Shown: piece after piece, positions 60,401 to 64,000 of the stretch
Layout of the letters: the number at the start of each line of letters is the position of its first letter
How positions within the stretch are numbered: position 1 is the stretch's first letter
Assembly: GCF_964204645.1 (NCBI RefSeq)
Contig: NC_134029.1
Coordinates: 19,958,950 to 20,022,949 of the forward strand
From: Tubulanus polymorphus
Lineage: Eukaryota > Animalia > Nemertea
Direction of reading: 5' to 3'
Length of the DNA stretch: 64,000 nt
The notes under the pieces: model-generated
Seen by the model: only the letters and a program-made list of their open reading frames with translations
What the model was told of the DNA's origin: nothing
The model's database searches: none
Made by a program: the position numbers and the translations under genes

Positions 60401-61800
60401 ACTATCTCTGATCGGCGCATTATTGTATATCAAACGAAACAATCTGGAATTCCTGTACAACAAGACGTCGTGGGGAATTGGAGCGGTGGTAAGTCGATAG
60501 CTCTCTCTGATAAAGTCGTTTGACCTACCGGGTACTTACTTGAGTAATCCTTTCAGTGCTTACCCCGGAATACCCTGGAAATAATTACGAAATTTTGGAA
60601 AATTCCACCCCAGTGCGTTGTATAACATCGGTTTACAGCAGTGCGGTGTATCGTTAGCTACTAATATTTCGCATTGTTTTCGACAGGTGCTGCTACCTTT
60701 CAATTGAAATTATAACTTATCAATACATACACTGATACACCGCACTGTGGTGTACTAACAAAGTTCATTGCAGATTTATACACCGCACTAGGGTGTAAAC
60801 TTACTGAAAGGATTAATACACGGTATTGTCTAATGTTACCACGCTCTTACTCGATGTATAACGTAAATTAGTCGACGTGGTCCTTATTGAATCGAGTAAG
60901 ACTAAAGCAATTGTTTATCTCATTTTTCAGACGATTATCTTAGCCATGACATCGGGGCAAATGTGGAATCATATCCGCGGTCCTCCGTTCATGCATAGAA
61001 ATCCTCAAACTGGTCAAGTTGTAAGTACACGAATTTAACGGCACACCTCGAAAAATTATTTGTTGGGACATTCAATCAAAATAACGTTAACGTTCTTTTC
61101 TTTGTCTCACTTCATTTCAGCATTATATCCACGGAAGTAGTCAGGGTCAATTTATCATAGAAACGTACATCGTTATTTTATTAAGTATCCTTTGAATATG
61201 CAAAGAGAGAAAGTCATCTTGTCAGACATTAAGTAGACCCCAGTCAAGTCAGAAGAGCTTTTGAAATTTTTCATTCTTGGTGACACAACATTCACAGCAC
61301 TCATTATTTCACTGGTTGAGTCTAAACTAATACTAACTGATAACTAGTTTCACTGATTAGATTAAGGGGTGATGCACAAATAATCGGAAATTTTTAACTC
61401 GTCCATCGCTCTGTTAGGAACCTTAACGCTAAAACCAAAAAGATGCGGCCATTACTGTCGGTATGCTGCTACTAAATGAAGGTAACAATGTAAAAGGTGA
61501 TGCTAGCAAAAAACGAAGTAAGTTCGCTTAAGGGACTGGTTATGATTTAATGTCAATGTTATCTTGATTGACTTATATATGTAATTGTGATGTTGTAATC
61601 AATTTGTTTTCGATTTCAGTTATGGTTCTCATCGGTCTCGGCACGTATGCATTTTTCTTCAGCGTTTTACTATCGGTGTTTCGATCGAAATATCAAGGTT
61701 ATCCGTATAGGTGAGTTATATCGATTAAAAGCAATTTTTTAAGTCGCAACTTTATCTTCCTCACTCTTCGATTAATTTTGTTTTTAGTTTCCTAATTTAA
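57421..61800 (+). CDS. TUSC3: Oligosaccharyltransferase thioredoxin-like subunit TUSC3/MAGT1 (OST3/6 family), 11 exons, 329 aa
   Basis: Exons 57421-57507, 58585-58754, 59101-59218, 59299-59381, 59957-60014, 60348-60488, 60931-61020, 61121-61184, 61443-61517, 61620-61710, 61788-61800 (990 nt). Signal peptide, [57 protein letters not shown]. Likely co-ortholog of vertebrate TUSC3 and MAGT1. Confidence 0.93.
60548..60812. mobile_element. piggyBac-type MITE, diverged copy
   Basis: TAA-TCCTTTCAGTG ... ACTGAAAGGA-TTAA; internal similarity to 13728-14008. Confidence 0.7.
61185..61442 (+). other. U12-type (minor spliceosome) GT-AG intron
   Basis: Donor GTATCCTTT, branch site CCTTAAC at 61421-61427, 13 nt before the AG, no polypyrimidine tract; splice restores ...VILLNAAIT. 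Confidence 0.9.
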
Positions 61801-64000
61801 GAAGATTGACTGGGTGTTTTGAAGAACGGCGTTTTCTACGGAAATTATATGAAAAATGTTGAAAATTGATTTTATTGTTTCTGAATATACAATATTCATA
61901 ATAGATTGAAACCTGCCAGATAAAGTTCTCTTACAATGTATACGTGGACTAACATCTAGTAATCGCTGGAACAAAATTATTAACCAAAGATTATGGAATA
62001 TTTCTAGCTGATTAACCATTGGGATTAAGTAACATATTGGTTACATTATTTTGGTTGTTCAGTCCTTCTACTTTATGTATTTCTGTTTAACTATTTGAAT
62101 GTTTTTATGGTAAGGCCTGATATTTCCTTCACGTTCGTCGTGTGAGTCGGTCTTTGAATATAATATAGGGGACCAGAAATTTGTGTACGTTAGAAAAAAC
62201 TATTTGTATGTTTGTCGTTCACTTAGCTCATTTCATTATTATTCGGACTTTAATTATTCTGAACTGAAGTACACCAAATTCAAACAAAAGTGATTGGTAT
62301 TTTATAGGTTGTGTTATTATGACATTGAAGGTGCATTCAAAAACGTTGAAAAACTTCTTATAGTCCTAAGTTTTAACTCGTGTCTTTAATTGTACAGTTG
62401 GCTGAAAAATTAGCAGGGAAGGTGCAGTGCCGCTTCTTAGATTTCGATATTGGCCATGGCCATTAATAGCTCATCTAATTTCTCATTCCAAATGATGAAT
62501 ATTTCGTGAATACCCCTCTTTTGATCATTTATTGGTCCCGACTAACCCAAAAAATAGGTTGGATGAATCAAAAATCAAAATTATTATCTACCTATGTTTT
62601 ATGAGATAGGACGTATATTTATTTGGTAAAATGAAAAAGTCAATACTTGTATCTGATAGTTGGAAGAAGGTAGAGAAGAAAAGATTGTTGTTTTTTTTAC
62701 GTTGTTCTACTTTGTATTTGTAAACTGATGTGTACATGTTGGTATGGATTCATATATAAAGGGAATAAAGCTAATAATTTAAGAGAGTGAAGGTTTTGAA
62801 GATTTTGTTTATTTGTATGTAGCGTAATCCACAGGGACTTGCGGATAAAACCAATATCAATGATCGACCCGAGTATCCCTGTTAAATGGATACTGTGGTT
62901 GTCATTGATACTGGTTTTATCCACCTCACTCTCTGCTATCACGGGCCTGACACAAAAAAGTTTTTGACTCCAGTATCCTAGGTACCATACAAAAACCCGT
63001 TTTCTATATTGTACCTAGGAATGGGTGCTGGGGTCAAAAAACTGTGTCATGCCCTTTGATAGATAGTTACCTAATCGTTGGTGGTAAGTTTTTTATAATC
63101 GGATGGGCTTATATGTGGTTTGTGAAAATATCCGCTCGTGAAACTAAACCACAGTCAGGTTACTGACTAGCCCTTTGACTGCTATCAATTATCACAAGTC
63201 CCTGTGCAGGAAGTCAAGTCCCTGTGTCCGTAGAATCAGTCCTCTTTTGTCAGTTGTGGCAAGCGAGGACGAGTATGTCCGTACAGTGCTGCCACCGCTT
63301 CATCGGAATATCGTTGTTCCGATCATCGGAACATTTGACAGCGCATTTTACTTCCGGGTCGATTGAACGTGGACAGTGAAAGTGAAGTGTTTGACGCTGC
63401 TTGGGATACTATCTCAGTGGATTATACCGTATTCAAACAACAATGATTTCTGTCTGCTGCAGGATTTGAAAGTTTCGTCGTCGACTTAAAAGTAGTCTGG
63501 TAGGCCTGGATGAATCAACTCTTACTCATGACATTGTCTTTAATTTGAAGAATGTATCATCACAATCACTTCACAGTCACGCACACTGCAAGGAAAATTT
63601 TTTTCAAAAAAAAAGTTTTGTAAACTTAAGATTTTTACTCGTTCAAACGCCACTCGAATGTCTAGAAAACACTTTTCCGTATTTTAATAATTAAGTACCT
63701 ATAAAATGTGGTTTATATTTTAATTTTTTTCTGGAAGGGTTGAATTTTTATAAGTAGGGTGATGAGTTGAGAGGTTTCTAAACTTTTCATTTTTTTTTCC
63801 AAAAAAAGCGTCACTTGAATTATGACCTCGAAAGTGCTATTATGATAGTATAGGCTTGCATATGATTAAGATATTGGGTGATTATGATTTATTTCGAATC
63901 TTTTCAGGACGATTTAGGCTAGATTTTTAAAGAAAAATTCCCAGGAATCATCATGAGACGGAACAGCGTTCGGTTGTTGAAATACGTTTGCGTCGTAGGA

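Noticed and set aside
63175-63500. GC-balanced exon-like stretch near the window end
   Set aside because: Stops in the frames examined on both strands and no recognisable protein; cannot be called without flanking sequence.

Overview
Eukaryotic (invertebrate metazoan-type) genomic DNA with AT-rich spliceosomal introns and CpG-rich exons; the ORF track only catches exon fragments, so genes were rebuilt by hand from GT-AG junctions. Left to right: 3' end of an unidentified gene (+), an intronless ABHD16A (+), a 16-exon RRM1 (+), a 4-exon divergent Bax-like Bcl-2 family gene (+), a 5-exon POLR1D (-), an apparently intact ~6.2 kb non-LTR retrotransposon (-) wedged between the head-to-head starts of POLR1D and TUSC3/MAGT1, and an 11-exon TUSC3/MAGT1 (+) with a U12-type intron. 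Introns carry many MITEs and tandem repeats. Most unusual observations: (1) the LINE ORF1 begins with an RNase H1-type hybrid-binding (Cauli_VI-like) domain followed by PHD, coiled coil and SGNH esterase; (2) a family of ~160-210 bp fold-back elements whose central loop is a minimal hammerhead ribozyme core; (3) a MITE at the centre of a palindromic double E2F site in the RRM1 promoter; (4) a possible BH3-only intron-readthrough isoform of the Bax-like gene. All homology calls are from motif recognition, not database searches.
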